Shown: positions 8,358-17,650 of the stretch, in pieces
Numbering within the stretch: position 1 is the stretch's first letter
Layout of the letters: each line of letters begins with the position of its first letter
NCBI GenBank assembly: GCA_902564025.1
Contig: CACEZK010000003.1
Location: 6,740 to 70,739, forward strand
Source of the DNA: an uncultured Pelagibacteraceae bacterium
GTDB lineage: Bacteria; Pseudomonadota; Alphaproteobacteria; Pelagibacterales; AG-422-B15
Direction: 5' to 3'
DNA: 64,000 bases
Program-made: the position numbers and the translations under genes
Notes under the pieces: generated by a model
What the model was told of the DNA's origin: nothing
The model's input: the letters and a program-made list of their open reading frames with translations, nothing else
The model's database searches: none

Positions 8358-9836
8358 ATGAGCGATCTTTTTATTATTCTAGGAAATCAGCTTTTTGATC
8401 CAAAACATCTAAGTAAATATAAAAAGAATAAGATATTCATGTGTGAAGATCTTGGTCTGTGTTCGTATGAAAAACATCATAAGCTAAAAATTCTTCAGTT
8501 TCTCTCCTCTATGAGAAGTTACCGAGATTTATTAATAAAGAAAGGTTTTTCAGTTGACTATTATGACTGTCAAAACAATTTTGAAAAAAAGTATGAAGAT
8601 AAATTAGAAAAATCTATAAAAAAACATAAAATAAATAAAGTAAGCCACTTTGAAATTGAAGACACGCCATTCGAAAAACGTATTAAAAAATTTATTATTC
8701 AAAAAAATCTTGAGCATAACGTAATACAAACACCTATGTTTCTTAATTCACGCGATAATTTTAAAAAATATCTGTCAAAACAAAAAAAGCCTTTCATGGC
8801 AACTTATTATAAAGAAAGTAGATTAAAATTTGACTTACTAATTGAAAACGGAAAACCTGTCGGCGGCAAATGGAGCTTTGATAAAGATAATAGAAAAAAA
8901 CTCCCACAAGACCTAAAACTTCCAAAACAACCTAAATCAATTGAAACCAAACACACAAAACATTTAAAAAACTTCATAGAAGAAAAATTTAAAAAACACC
9001 CTGGTAGTACAAATAACTTTTGGCTACCAACAACACATAAAGATGCTTCAGATTGGCTGGACGATTTCATTAAAAATAAACTGAATTTATTTGGAGACTA
9101 CGAAGACGCAGTAAGTCAAAGAGATAATATCCTGTTTCATAGCGCATTAAGCCCACTTATTAATATAGGATTGATTACACCCCAAGAAATAATTAATAGA
9201 TTAAAAAAATATAAAGGAAAGATAAGTATAAATTCACTTGAGGGATACATTAGACAAGTTATTGGATGGAGAGAATTTATGAGAGGTATTTATCATAACT
9301 ACTCACCTAAAATGGAGTCATCTAATTTTTTTAATCATAAAAGAAAACTCAAAAATGATTGGTATACTGCTGATACAGGTATACCCCCTTTAGATCATTC
9401 AATTAAAAATGCTCTTAATTTTGGTTGGACGCATCATATTGAACGGCTAATGATACTGTCTAGTTTAATGAACTTGTGTGAAATACACCCAAAATATGTC
9501 TATAAATGGTTTATGGAAATGTTTGCTGACTCCTCTGAATGGGTGATGGTGCCAAATGTCTATGGGATGGGACTATTTAGTGATGGAGGCATCTTCGCAA
9601 CCAAACCATATATTTGTGGTTCAAGCTATTATTTGAAAATGATGGACTTCAAAAAAGGAGAGTGGTGTGAGACTGTCGATGGTTTATATTGGAGATTTAT
9701 AAATAAAAATAGAAAATTCTTCAGTAGCAACCCAAGACTAAATATGATGGTAAATGTATTTGATAAAATGAAACAGGATCGAAAGAAAAGAATACTACAA
9801 AAGGCAGAAATTTTTATCAAAGAGCATACAAGCTAA
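8358..9836 (+). CDS. Cryptochrome/photolyase-related protein (DPRP / COG3046-type)
   Basis: LFIILGNQLF N-terminus, MCEDLGLCSYEKHHKLKILQFLSSMR, GIPPLDHSIKNALNFGWTHHIERLM, and a 492-aa length are typical of deoxyribodipyrimidine photolyase-related proteins. Confidence 0.7.
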   Translation: MSDLFIILGNQLFDPKHLSKYKKNKIFMCEDLGLCSYEKHHKLKILQFLSSMRSYRDLLIKKGFSVDYYDCQNNFEKKYEDKLEKSIKKHKINKVSHFEIEDTPFEKRIKKFIIQKNLEHNVIQTPMFLNSRDNFKKYLSKQKKPFMATYYKESRLKFDLLIENGKPVGGKWSFDKDNRKKLPQDLKLPKQPKSIETKHTKHLKNFIEEKFKKHPGSTNNFWLPTTHKDASDWLDDFIKNKLNLFGDYEDAVSQRDNILFHSALSPLINIGLITPQEIINRLKKYKGKISINSLEGYIRQVIGWREFMRGIYHNYSPKMESSNFFNHKRKLKNDWYTADTGIPPLDHSIKNALNFGWTHHIERLMILSSLMNLCEIHPKYVYKWFMEMFADSSEWVMVPNVYGMGLFSDGGIFATKPYICGSSYYLKMMDFKKGEWCETVDGLYWRFINKNRKFFSSNPRLNMMVNVFDKMKQDRKKRILQKAEIFIKEHTS

Positions 9837-9846
9837 GCGAATTTAT

Positions 9847-10029
9847 TTACTCAATCGCATTATCTATATTCATAAGTATAGGTCTTCCATCATGAGCTGT
9901 ACTTAGGGGAATAATTTTTCCATCATACTGCGCGCACAAGGTTGGAGCACTTCTTTTCTGATTACCTAGATTGACCTCAAGATCAACTATAATTAGCTTT
10001 GCATCTTCAAATGTTTTTAAAATTTTCAT
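9847..10029 (-). CDS. Small conserved-looking protein, possibly Trm112/UPF0434 (YcaR)-like without zinc cysteines
   Basis: 60 aa. C-terminal AHDGRPILMNIDNA resembles the YPIRDGIPVML..EA motif of Trm112-family proteins at the same spacing from an N-terminal D.KL motif. Recalled by memory only. Confidence 0.3.
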   Translation of the reverse strand: MKILKTFEDAKLIIVDLEVNLGNQKRSAPTLCAQYDGKIIPLSTAHDGRPILMNIDNAIE

Positions 10030-10038
10030 ATTGTCCTC

Positions 10039-10452
10039 CTAATAAAAATATACAAATACAATAAAGATAGATCCAAAAAGCTGTGAAATAAATAAAACTA
10101 CTGAGAAAAAATGAAGCATTTTAAATTTTTTTTCAGCCTCAACGATACCACCTTTAAATTTATCTCTATAAATATTGATTCTAGGAGTTAGATAAATGAG
10201 ATTGATTAAAAAGAAAGCAGCGGAAACCAACGATATAATTAGAAAATCAATTATACTAATAACAAAAAAAACAGCACACGATAAAATAGTAATGATTAAC
10301 CCATAAATGAACATTCTGGGGAAAATAACTCGTAATAACTTGCCTGCCTCATTTTCATTTAAAATTGAAAATACAGATGGGGTTACAACAGACATAAAAA
10401 AAATCATAAATCCAATAATTAAAGAATGTAGAAAAATTCCAAATTCCAACAT
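10039..10452 (-). CDS. DUF4149 (TMEM205-like) 4-TM membrane protein
   Basis: I start at the internal Met (MLEFGIFLHSLIIGF...), 8 nt after the AOX stop. The track ORF (to 10530) would overlap AOX by 71 nt. Hydrophobic 4-helix pattern with the FPRMF motif. Confidence 0.55.
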   Translation of the reverse strand: MLEFGIFLHSLIIGFMIFFMSVVTPSVFSILNENEAGKLLRVIFPRMFIYGLIITILSCAVFFVISIIDFLIISLVSAAFFLINLIYLTPRINIYRDKFKGGIVEAEKKFKMLHFFSVVLFISQLFGSIFIVFVYFY

Positions 10453-10459
10453 TATAAAC

Positions 10460-11128
10460 TTATTTAGTATTATCTTTTGAGAGTATTTCCCTTGAATCTG
10501 TATAAGTCTCTTTATGGTCTTTTTGATCAATAATTGTTACAAATTCATGGTTAACATCACGGTGACCCATCTCATCGTTTCTAACAGCAATGATAACATC
10601 TTTTAATTTTGCAAACTGTGATAAACCCCAATAATCAATTGCTATCTGAGGTGCTTTAACGTTTTCAATATTTCCATTTTCAATTTCATCTAAATATTCT
10701 GTGTAACTTATAATTGCTTGCTCCTCAAAATATCCCACAATCCTATGGCAGGTACGAGGTGAAACTAAATACATTACAAAATAAAGATTAAAAAATATTC
10801 CTTGCACTATTATCACTAAAAATCTCTCAAAAACTGATGGCTTTGCAATATTAATAAAAGTCATTAAATGCATTCTTTCGTTCTCAGCTTCATCTAAAAG
10901 TGTTTTGATCCAGCCTCTATCTTGCTCCATATTTCTAAGGCTTTTTAAGTGATTAAGCATGCCGGCGACCATTCCAGGGACAGCTGCTACAGTCTCTAAT
11001 ATAACCGCTCTGTGCCCGTAACGTTTTTTAAAGAAAAGATCAGCGAAAAGACGGAGGGCTTTTGTAAATAATAGAGCTATGCGGTCACTATTGTTTACCG
11101 GTTTATAGTGCTTAAACATTTCGTTCAT
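10460..11128 (-). CDS. aox: Alternative oxidase (ubiquinol oxidase, di-iron carboxylate)
   Basis: [31 protein letters not shown] and [11 protein letters not shown] are the four AOX iron-binding helices. Confidence 0.92.
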   Translation of the reverse strand: MNEMFKHYKPVNNSDRIALLFTKALRLFADLFFKKRYGHRAVILETVAAVPGMVAGMLNHLKSLRNMEQDRGWIKTLLDEAENERMHLMTFINIAKPSVFERFLVIIVQGIFFNLYFVMYLVSPRTCHRIVGYFEEQAIISYTEYLDEIENGNIENVKAPQIAIDYWGLSQFAKLKDVIIAVRNDEMGHRDVNHEFVTIIDQKDHKETYTDSREILSKDNTK

Positions 11129-11184
11129 ACTAAATAGATAATATTTATTTGTAGAAATTAAATACTATAAAACGGATGTTTTAC

Positions 11185-11197
11185 TGACATTTTGTCA
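11185..11197. promoter_or_regulatory. Perfect palindrome TGACA-TTT-TGTCA upstream of aox (candidate operator)
   Basis: 13-bp perfect inverted repeat 57-69 nt upstream of the aox ATG. On the aox strand it lies 15 nt upstream of a TATAGT -10-like hexamer. No regulator assigned. Confidence 0.2.
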
Positions 11198-11215
11198 CAG
11201 ATAAGACCATAAAAA

Positions 11216-11291
11216 TGGCGGTCCCTACGGGATTCGAACCCGTGATCTTCTGGATGAAAACCAGATATCCTAACCGCTAGACGAAGGGACC
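11216..11291 (-). tRNA. tRNA-Glu (anticodon UUC), CCA encoded
   Basis: Reverse complement is GTCCCTTCGTCTAGCGGTTAGGATATCTGGTTTTCATCCAGAAGATCACGGGTTCGAATCCCGTAGGGACCGCCA. Cloverleaf folds, with anticodon loop tTTTCAt. Confidence 0.93.
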
Positions 11292-11338
11292 TTATATCTT
11301 ATTTATATATCTAATAATCGGTCTAAATCAATAATTGA

Positions 11339-13120
11339 TTAACTATTTTGTGATGCGGAAATATCAATAATATGTATTTGAGGTATTTTTTTACCCCCCC
11401 ACTCATTGATCTTTATTTTGCCGAATAAGCAAACTGATGAACCCTTATTTTTTATTAATTCTTCTCCAAGCTGTGTTTTTGCACTTCTAAAAGCCATCGC
11501 TTCAATAAATTTTCCTCCATCAGATTTAATAAGACATTTAAAATGCTCCTCACCTATTTGATCAACGGTCGCGAGTATCACATTTTTAAAAATAAAAGAT
11601 GGTTCAGGATTCTCTGATCCAAAAGGACCAATTTTTTCAATTTCCCTATGAACATCTAGATTGATTGCTGATGTGCTTAAAATGTCATCAGCAAATAAAA
11701 TCTTACTATCTTGAGTATTTATTACTTTATTGGTCAATTGCTTTTCAAAAAATTTTTCCAATTCTTCTATCTTTTTAGAATCTATTGTTAATCCAGCTGC
11801 CATAGAGTGTCCTCCGCCTTTTTTAAGCAAATTACTTTGAACAGCAGAAATAACTAACTGTCCTAGATCAATGCCTTTTATTGAGCGTCCGGAACCTTTA
11901 GCTTCGCCATTGTTTATCGAGAAAACAATGCTAGGCTTATTAAACTTATCTTTAAGTCGACTTGCAATAATACCAATTACTCCCTCATGCCATCCTTCAC
12001 CAGATACGATCAGTAGTTTGTTTTTTAGTTTTTTATCATCAACTTGGGCGATAGCTTGATCTAAAACATAACTTTCTATTGTACGTCTCTCAGAATTAAA
12101 TTTATCTAAATCGTTTGAGATGCTATCGATTTTATTTTTTTCGCTTTCAGTTAATAAGTCTGTGCCAAAGTTCGAAAAACCTAATCTTCCGCCAGCGTTG
12201 ATTCTTGGGCCAATCTTGAAACCAAGATCATGAACAGATACTTTTGATTTTATATTTGATTTTTCAATCAATGAATTTAAACCTGGATTTAATCGTTTTT
12301 GTATTACGTCGATTCCCTTTGAAACTAGAATTCGATTTAATCCTTTTAGTGGAACAGCATCGCAAACTGTTCCTAAAGCAACAAGATCTAACAAAGCAAT
12401 AAGGTTTGGTTCTTTTAGGTTATTTTTTTTAAACCAATCTTCACGTCTTAATTTACGGTTAAGACCGATAATGAACATATACGTTACACCTACTGCAGAA
12501 AGATAGTTTAATCCTGAATTATCGTCCATTCTATTTGGATTTATAATTGCTGTTGCTTTTGGTAGTTTTATTTCTGGAATGTGATGATCTAAGACAACAA
12601 CATCCATACCCTGCTCTCTCGCATATTCAATCTCAGAAAAGGCCATTGTTCCGCAATCGACGGTAAATATTATTTTCACATCTCTTTTTTTAAAATTTGA
12701 AAAGGTTTGTATACTTGGACCATATCCCTCAGTAAATCTATCAGGTATATGAAATTTTAGACGTATTGAAATTTGTTTGAAATAATTAATTAGAGTTGAA
12801 GTTGATGTAGAACCATCAACATCATAGTCACCAAATACTGCAATTCGTTCTTTATTAATTATTGCCTGATAAAGTCTCTCGCAGGCTTTTTCCATGTCTG
12901 CTAAAACGTATGGATCAGGTAAACTTTCTTTTAATGAGGGACTTATATAAGAAATAATATCGTCTAAATTTATTTTTCTAATACTTAGTAATTTCGCCAC
13001 TAGCGGGCTTACTTCGTAACTTTGCGAAATATATTCCGTATCTTTTTCGCTATATTCTTTTAAAGACCATTTTTTATTTGTTAGAGAAAAAAAATCTTCG
13101 TCGAAAGAATCTTTTCTCAT
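11339..13120 (-). CDS. recJ: Single-stranded-DNA-specific exonuclease RecJ
   Basis: DHH motifs FGDYDVDGSTS and VVLDHH; DHHA1 motif GGGHSMAAG; 593 aa. Confidence 0.93.
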   Translation of the reverse strand: MRKDSFDEDFFSLTNKKWSLKEYSEKDTEYISQSYEVSPLVAKLLSIRKINLDDIISYISPSLKESLPDPYVLADMEKACERLYQAIINKERIAVFGDYDVDGSTSTSTLINYFKQISIRLKFHIPDRFTEGYGPSIQTFSNFKKRDVKIIFTVDCGTMAFSEIEYAREQGMDVVVLDHHIPEIKLPKATAIINPNRMDDNSGLNYLSAVGVTYMFIIGLNRKLRREDWFKKNNLKEPNLIALLDLVALGTVCDAVPLKGLNRILVSKGIDVIQKRLNPGLNSLIEKSNIKSKVSVHDLGFKIGPRINAGGRLGFSNFGTDLLTESEKNKIDSISNDLDKFNSERRTIESYVLDQAIAQVDDKKLKNKLLIVSGEGWHEGVIGIIASRLKDKFNKPSIVFSINNGEAKGSGRSIKGIDLGQLVISAVQSNLLKKGGGHSMAAGLTIDSKKIEELEKFFEKQLTNKVINTQDSKILFADDILSTSAINLDVHREIEKIGPFGSENPEPSFIFKNVILATVDQIGEEHFKCLIKSDGGKFIEAMAFRSAKTQLGEELIKNKGSSVCLFGKIKINEWGGKKIPQIHIIDISASQNS

Positions 13121-13123
13121 AGT

Positions 13124-14074
13124 TCAATCTTTTTTGTGATAAGTCTCGATATACTGAGATGAGGCTTCGCCAGTTCTTAGAACTAGTGAATGGGTTATGT
13201 AGTGACTGCTGTCAGATCTTACTCCTCTAACCATAGTACCTTCTGTTACACCTGTAGCAGAAAAGATAATATCGCCATGCGCAAGTTCATTAAGATTATA
13301 TTTTTTTTCAAGGTCTTTAATACCAATCTTTTCAGCTCTGTTTTTTTCATCGTCATTGTTAATTACAAGTCTAGTTTGCATTTGACCGCCAATGCATTGC
13401 AGTGCTGCAGCAGCTAAAACTCCTTCAGGAGCTCCGCCGATGCCAAGGTAAATATCAACTGGATTATGTTCTTGTGTTGTCATAATTACTCCTGCTACAT
13501 CGCCGTCAGGAATAAGAACAATTTTTGAGCCGATTGTTCTTAAAGATTCAATTATATCATCGTGTCTGGGTCTTTCTAATACACAGGCAGTAACTTCACT
13601 AATTTTAACTTTTTTAGCTTCCGCAATACTCTTTATGTTATCTTCGACAGCTGCATCAAGATCTATTACATCTTTAGGAAGACTACTACCAACTGCAATC
13701 TTATTCATGTAAGTGTCTGGCGCATAGAGCAACCCTCCTTTTTGAGCTGCAGCTACTACAGATAATGAATTTGGCATGCCCTTAGCTGTGATTGTGGTTC
13801 CTTCTAAAGGATCTAACGCAATATCAACTTCGTGATTTCTGCCTGTTCCTACTTCCTCGCCTATATAAAGCATTGGCGCTTCATCTCTCTCACCTTCACC
13901 AATAACAATTCTGCCATCAAAATCAATTGCGTTTAAAGCTGTTCTCATTGCGTCTACAGCAACTTGATCTGCTGCTTTTTCGTCACCAAGCCCTATTAAT
14001 TTAGACGATGCAATTGCAGCCTTTTCAGTTGCAGCTACAATTCCTGATGCATATTGAGTTGATATTACGGTCAT
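13124..14074 (-). CDS. glpX: Class II fructose-1,6-bisphosphatase (GlpX type)
   Basis: GEGERDEAPMLYIGE, LDPLEGTT, GIGGAPEGV; 316 aa. Confidence 0.92.
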   Translation of the reverse strand: MTVISTQYASGIVAATEKAAIASSKLIGLGDEKAADQVAVDAMRTALNAIDFDGRIVIGEGERDEAPMLYIGEEVGTGRNHEVDIALDPLEGTTITAKGMPNSLSVVAAAQKGGLLYAPDTYMNKIAVGSSLPKDVIDLDAAVEDNIKSIAEAKKVKISEVTACVLERPRHDDIIESLRTIGSKIVLIPDGDVAGVIMTTQEHNPVDIYLGIGGAPEGVLAAAALQCIGGQMQTRLVINNDDEKNRAEKIGIKDLEKKYNLNELAHGDIIFSATGVTEGTMVRGVRSDSSHYITHSLVLRTGEASSQYIETYHKKD

Positions 14075-15369
14075 AACGAATCTTCAATTCTGATAAATTT
14101 AACAGATGAGCTTACTTCTGGTAATCTTTTTATCTGCTTAATAGATGATAAAAGCGAAGATTCTTTAACTGTGTGAGTTATCAAAATAATTTCAGCAAAA
14201 TTTGACCTTTTCGATGGCTTTTGAATTATACTTTCAATCGAAATTTTTCTTTTTGATAGAGCTTTTGAAATTTTTGCCATTACCCCGGCTTTATCTTTGG
14301 CTGTAATTCTCAAATAATATGGAAATGACAAATCATCAATTTTCTGGATTTTTAACTTCTTTCTCTTTTTCATTGATACGCCCAATGGATAATTATAAGT
14401 ACCTCTTATAATGTCCATAAGGTCTGACATAACAGAGGCTCCCGTTGGTCCAGCTCCAGCGCCAGGGCCCTCAAAAATATTTTTTCCAATTACTAAGTCA
14501 TTTACAACAACAGCATTAATCTCGTTACTCACTTTTGCAATATCTGATTTTAGTTTAACAAAACAAGGATGAACTCTTTGTTCGATCTTACTTAATTTTT
14601 TAGAAGCTACTGATAACAATTTTATTGAGTATCCTAATTCTTTTGCAAAAACAAAATCATATTTATCAATCTTAGTAATACCTTCTATAAAAGTAGCTTT
14701 AAAATTTACAGGAATGTCAAAAGCAATACTTGATAACAGTGTGATCTTATGAGCTGCATCAATTCCCTGAATATCAAATGTTGGATCTAACTCAGCAAAA
14801 CCTTTTTTTTGAGCATCATTTAATACATTTTTAAAATCTCCCGCATTATTTTCCATCTTTGTTAAAATGTAGTTACAAGTACCATTCAAAATACCATAAA
14901 TTTTGTTTATTTTATTAAGTCGCAAATTTTCTCTTACAGCTTTTACAATTGGTATACCGCCAGCAATAGCTGCTTCATAATTGAGACAAACATTATTTTG
15001 CTCAGCAATTTTAGATAACTCATTTCCATGTACTGCAAGCAAAGCTTTATTAGCGGTAATTACATGCTTGTTATTTTGGAGTGCTTTTTTAACAACTTTA
15101 TATGCTATTCCCTTTGAGCCACCAATGAGCTCAATTAAAATATCTATATTGTCATTTGTTGCTAATGACATGGTATCAGTAGTTAACGGAAGAGACTTAA
15201 CTGATAAACTTCTTTTTTTTCTCAAGTTCTTAACAGCAATTTTAATCACATTGATATTTGCAGTTTTTTGAGAGTGAGTTTTAAAATTTTTTAATTGTTT
15301 GAGAAATCCCGATCCAACTGTTCCTAGTCCTGCTATTCCAACACCATAAGTTTTACTCATCGATTTCAA
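14071..15369 (-). CDS. hom: Homoserine dehydrogenase
   Basis: GIAGLGTVGSG NAD-binding motif, central catalytic domain, C-terminal ACT-like domain. The start may be the Met 3 codons downstream (15360). Confidence 0.9.
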   Translation of the reverse strand: MKSMSKTYGVGIAGLGTVGSGFLKQLKNFKTHSQKTANINVIKIAVKNLRKKRSLSVKSLPLTTDTMSLATNDNIDILIELIGGSKGIAYKVVKKALQNNKHVITANKALLAVHGNELSKIAEQNNVCLNYEAAIAGGIPIVKAVRENLRLNKINKIYGILNGTCNYILTKMENNAGDFKNVLNDAQKKGFAELDPTFDIQGIDAAHKITLLSSIAFDIPVNFKATFIEGITKIDKYDFVFAKELGYSIKLLSVASKKLSKIEQRVHPCFVKLKSDIAKVSNEINAVVVNDLVIGKNIFEGPGAGAGPTGASVMSDLMDIIRGTYNYPLGVSMKKRKKLKIQKIDDLSFPYYLRITAKDKAGVMAKISKALSKRKISIESIIQKPSKRSNFAEIILITHTVKESSLLSSIKQIKRLPEVSSSVKFIRIEDSL

Positions 15370-15550
15370 CCTTTTCTGGTACGCTCTCTAAATCTGGTTT
15401 CTCAGCATTTTCTTGATCATTTAAAATTAATTCTGCAGCATTTGGGTTGATAAAAAACTCATAAAAAGAAAAATTATTTACTGATGAGCAGGCATTGAAA
15501 GTTAATAAAAATAAAAATAAATTAAAAATAATTATTATTTTTTTTCTCAT
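15353..15550 (-). CDS. Small predicted lipoprotein (65 aa)
   Basis: MRKKIIIIFNLFLFLLTFNAC|SS is a signal peptide plus lipobox-like Cys, followed by an acidic tail. Overlaps the argC stop by 4 nt and the hom start. Confidence 0.4.
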   Translation of the reverse strand: MRKKIIIIFNLFLFLLTFNACSSVNNFSFYEFFINPNAAELILNDQENAEKPDLESVPEKVEIDE

Positions 15551-16557
15551 TCTAGTCCTAACCTCTCATCATAATCATTCATAAGATTAAAATTTTGAAT
15601 TGCTTGTCCAGCAGCTCCTTTTATCAAATTATCTAAAACACTGACAATACATAATTTATTTGCTTTATATCCCTTTTTTAATCCTATGGCTAAGTTATTG
15701 GTACCAACTACGTCCCTAGAGGAAGGAATTTCATTCATAGGCAGCAATTGTATAAAGTGCTCATCATTAAATCTTTTTTGTAATATATCGTAAATATCAT
15801 TTTGAGATACCTCATTCGTGTCAATATAAATGTTACTCAAAATACCTCTTTCAACAGGTAATATATTAGCTGCAAAGAAAACTTCAGTTCTAATATTTTT
15901 AATTTTACTTAGTTCTTGGTTTATTTCAGCTATGTGTTTGTGATCACCAATACCATAGGTTCTGATATTTTCATTTACCTCTTTAATTAATTCTTTTTTC
16001 CCCTTTGTTTTACCTGCACCTGAATATCCTGATTTTGAGTCAATAACGATATCGTTAGTTTTAATTACATTTTGTTTTATCAGTTCAATTAGTGGGATTA
16101 AGATGCTAGTTGCATAGCAGCCAGGGTTTGCAATATGCTTACATTTTTTTATTTTATCTCTATTAAACTCTGTTAATCCATATTGGAATTTATCGTTTAC
16201 CTCAAAGTTGCCATGTTTAAAGCCATACCAGTTCTCATACTCATTTTTGTCATCAAGTCTAAAGTCAACTGAAAGGTCAATTATACTAACATCTGATTTC
16301 AATAGATCGCTTCTTTTATGAAGAATTTCATTTGGCAAGCAATTAAATACATAATCAATGCTACAAAAATCTATTTCTTCATAGCTTTTGTATTTGAGTG
16401 GTGTTTGTATACCAGCAGCGTCATGGATTTGAACTATCTCACCTGCTGACTTGTTTGCAGATAAAGCCTCAATGCTGACATAGGGGTGCTTGAGGCAAAT
16501 TTTGATTATTTCATGCCCTACAAATCCACTAGCACCTAATATAGCTACGTTAATCAT
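15547..16557 (-). CDS. argC: N-acetyl-gamma-glutamyl-phosphate reductase
   Basis: GASGFVGHE NAD motif; NPGCYATS active-site Cys motif. Confidence 0.92.
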   Translation of the reverse strand: MINVAILGASGFVGHEIIKICLKHPYVSIEALSANKSAGEIVQIHDAAGIQTPLKYKSYEEIDFCSIDYVFNCLPNEILHKRSDLLKSDVSIIDLSVDFRLDDKNEYENWYGFKHGNFEVNDKFQYGLTEFNRDKIKKCKHIANPGCYATSILIPLIELIKQNVIKTNDIVIDSKSGYSGAGKTKGKKELIKEVNENIRTYGIGDHKHIAEINQELSKIKNIRTEVFFAANILPVERGILSNIYIDTNEVSQNDIYDILQKRFNDEHFIQLLPMNEIPSSRDVVGTNNLAIGLKKGYKANKLCIVSVLDNLIKGAAGQAIQNFNLMNDYDERLGLE

Positions 16558-16595
16558 AATAAATTTTTAATTTTATAATAGAAGTTTGAAAAAAA

Positions 16596-17042
16596 TTATC
16601 TTTTAGAAAATTGGAAACGTCTTCGCGCTTTACGTCTACCATATTTTTTTCTTTCAACAATTCGAGAGTCTCTGGTAAGTAAACCTTCAGTTTTAAGGAC
16701 TGGTCTTAAGTTTGGATCTAGCAAAGTAAGTGCTTTTGAAATTCCATGTCTGACAGCACCGGCCTGACCGGACATTCCACCGCCACTAACTGTAACTGTT
16801 GTATCAACATTCATTTTTTTATTTGTCAATTCAAGCGGTTGATTAACTAGCATATTTAAAACAGGTCTCAAAAAGTATTTATCAACATCCTTGCCATTAA
16901 TTAACATTTTTCCGGATCCATCTTTCATCCATACTCTTGCAACAGCATTCTTTCTTTTACCTGTAGCATATGACCTTCCTAGATTATCCAATATGGGTTT
17001 AGCCAGATTTTCTTCTACATTATTATTCATAATGTCGGTCAT
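16596..17042 (-). CDS. rpsI: 30S ribosomal protein S9
   Basis: [19 protein letters not shown] ... [18 protein letters not shown]. Confidence 0.96.
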   Translation of the reverse strand: MTDIMNNNVEENLAKPILDNLGRSYATGKRKNAVARVWMKDGSGKMLINGKDVDKYFLRPVLNMLVNQPLELTNKKMNVDTTVTVSGGGMSGQAGAVRHGISKALTLLDPNLRPVLKTEGLLTRDSRIVERKKYGRRKARRRFQFSKR

Positions 17043-17507
17043 TTAGACTACTTCCTTCATATTATATATCTTAGGGTTTTGCGCTTCGTGAGGGTGTTTG
17101 TCACCGATGTATACCTTCATATTAGATAGCTGCTTTCTTCCAAGTGGTCCTTTCGGTATCATTCTTTTAACGGCAAGTCTAACTAGTCGGTCAGGGAATT
17201 TTCCTTCTAATATTTTTCTAGCATTAATACTTTTAATTCCTCCAGGATATCCGGTGTGTCTATAATAGGTTTTGCTATCAAGCTTTTTACCTGTAAGTCT
17301 TATTTTTTCAGCATTAATAATGACAACATTATCGCCGCAATCCACATGTGGTGTGTATGTTGGCTTATGCTTACCTCTTATAATATTCGATACATTTGTG
17401 GCAAGTCTTCCTAAAACGATATCTTTTGCGTCAATTAACAACCATTCTTTTTTTATGTCTTCTTTTCTTAAAGACTTAGTTTGCTTTAGTATCTTGGATG
17501 TAGTCAT
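17043..17507 (-). CDS. rplM: 50S ribosomal protein L13
   Basis: [23 protein letters not shown]; abuts rpsI. Confidence 0.96.
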   Translation of the reverse strand: MTTSKILKQTKSLRKEDIKKEWLLIDAKDIVLGRLATNVSNIIRGKHKPTYTPHVDCGDNVVIINAEKIRLTGKKLDSKTYYRHTGYPGGIKSINARKILEGKFPDRLVRLAVKRMIPKGPLGRKQLSNMKVYIGDKHPHEAQNPKIYNMKEVV

Positions 17508-17515
17508 AGTGTTGT

Positions 17516-17544
17516 TTATTAGACAGTACCCATTAATATGTCAA
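17516..17544 (-). promoter_or_regulatory. Candidate sigma70-type promoter of rplM-rpsI (TTGACA-17 nt-TAATAA)
   Basis: On the minus strand: TTGACA (17544-17539), a 17-nt spacer, then TAATAA (17521-17516). Only 8 nt separate the -10 from the rplM ATG. Confidence 0.35.
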
Positions 17545-17650
17545 CATCTTATATTTATTTAATCATTTCAATTATTTAATTGATGGTATCATAATACTAT
17601 TTCAATTATAACGCTTTACATAAGTCTTAGAGTGTTATTCAATATATTGT

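Noticed and set aside
10453-10530. N-terminal 26-aa extension of the DUF4149 ORF overlapping the aox 3' end by 71 nt
   Set aside because: The extension is Lys/Ile-rich with no TM or signal character. The internal Met sits 8 nt after the aox stop and begins the first TM helix. The extension is most likely simply open frame upstream of the real start.
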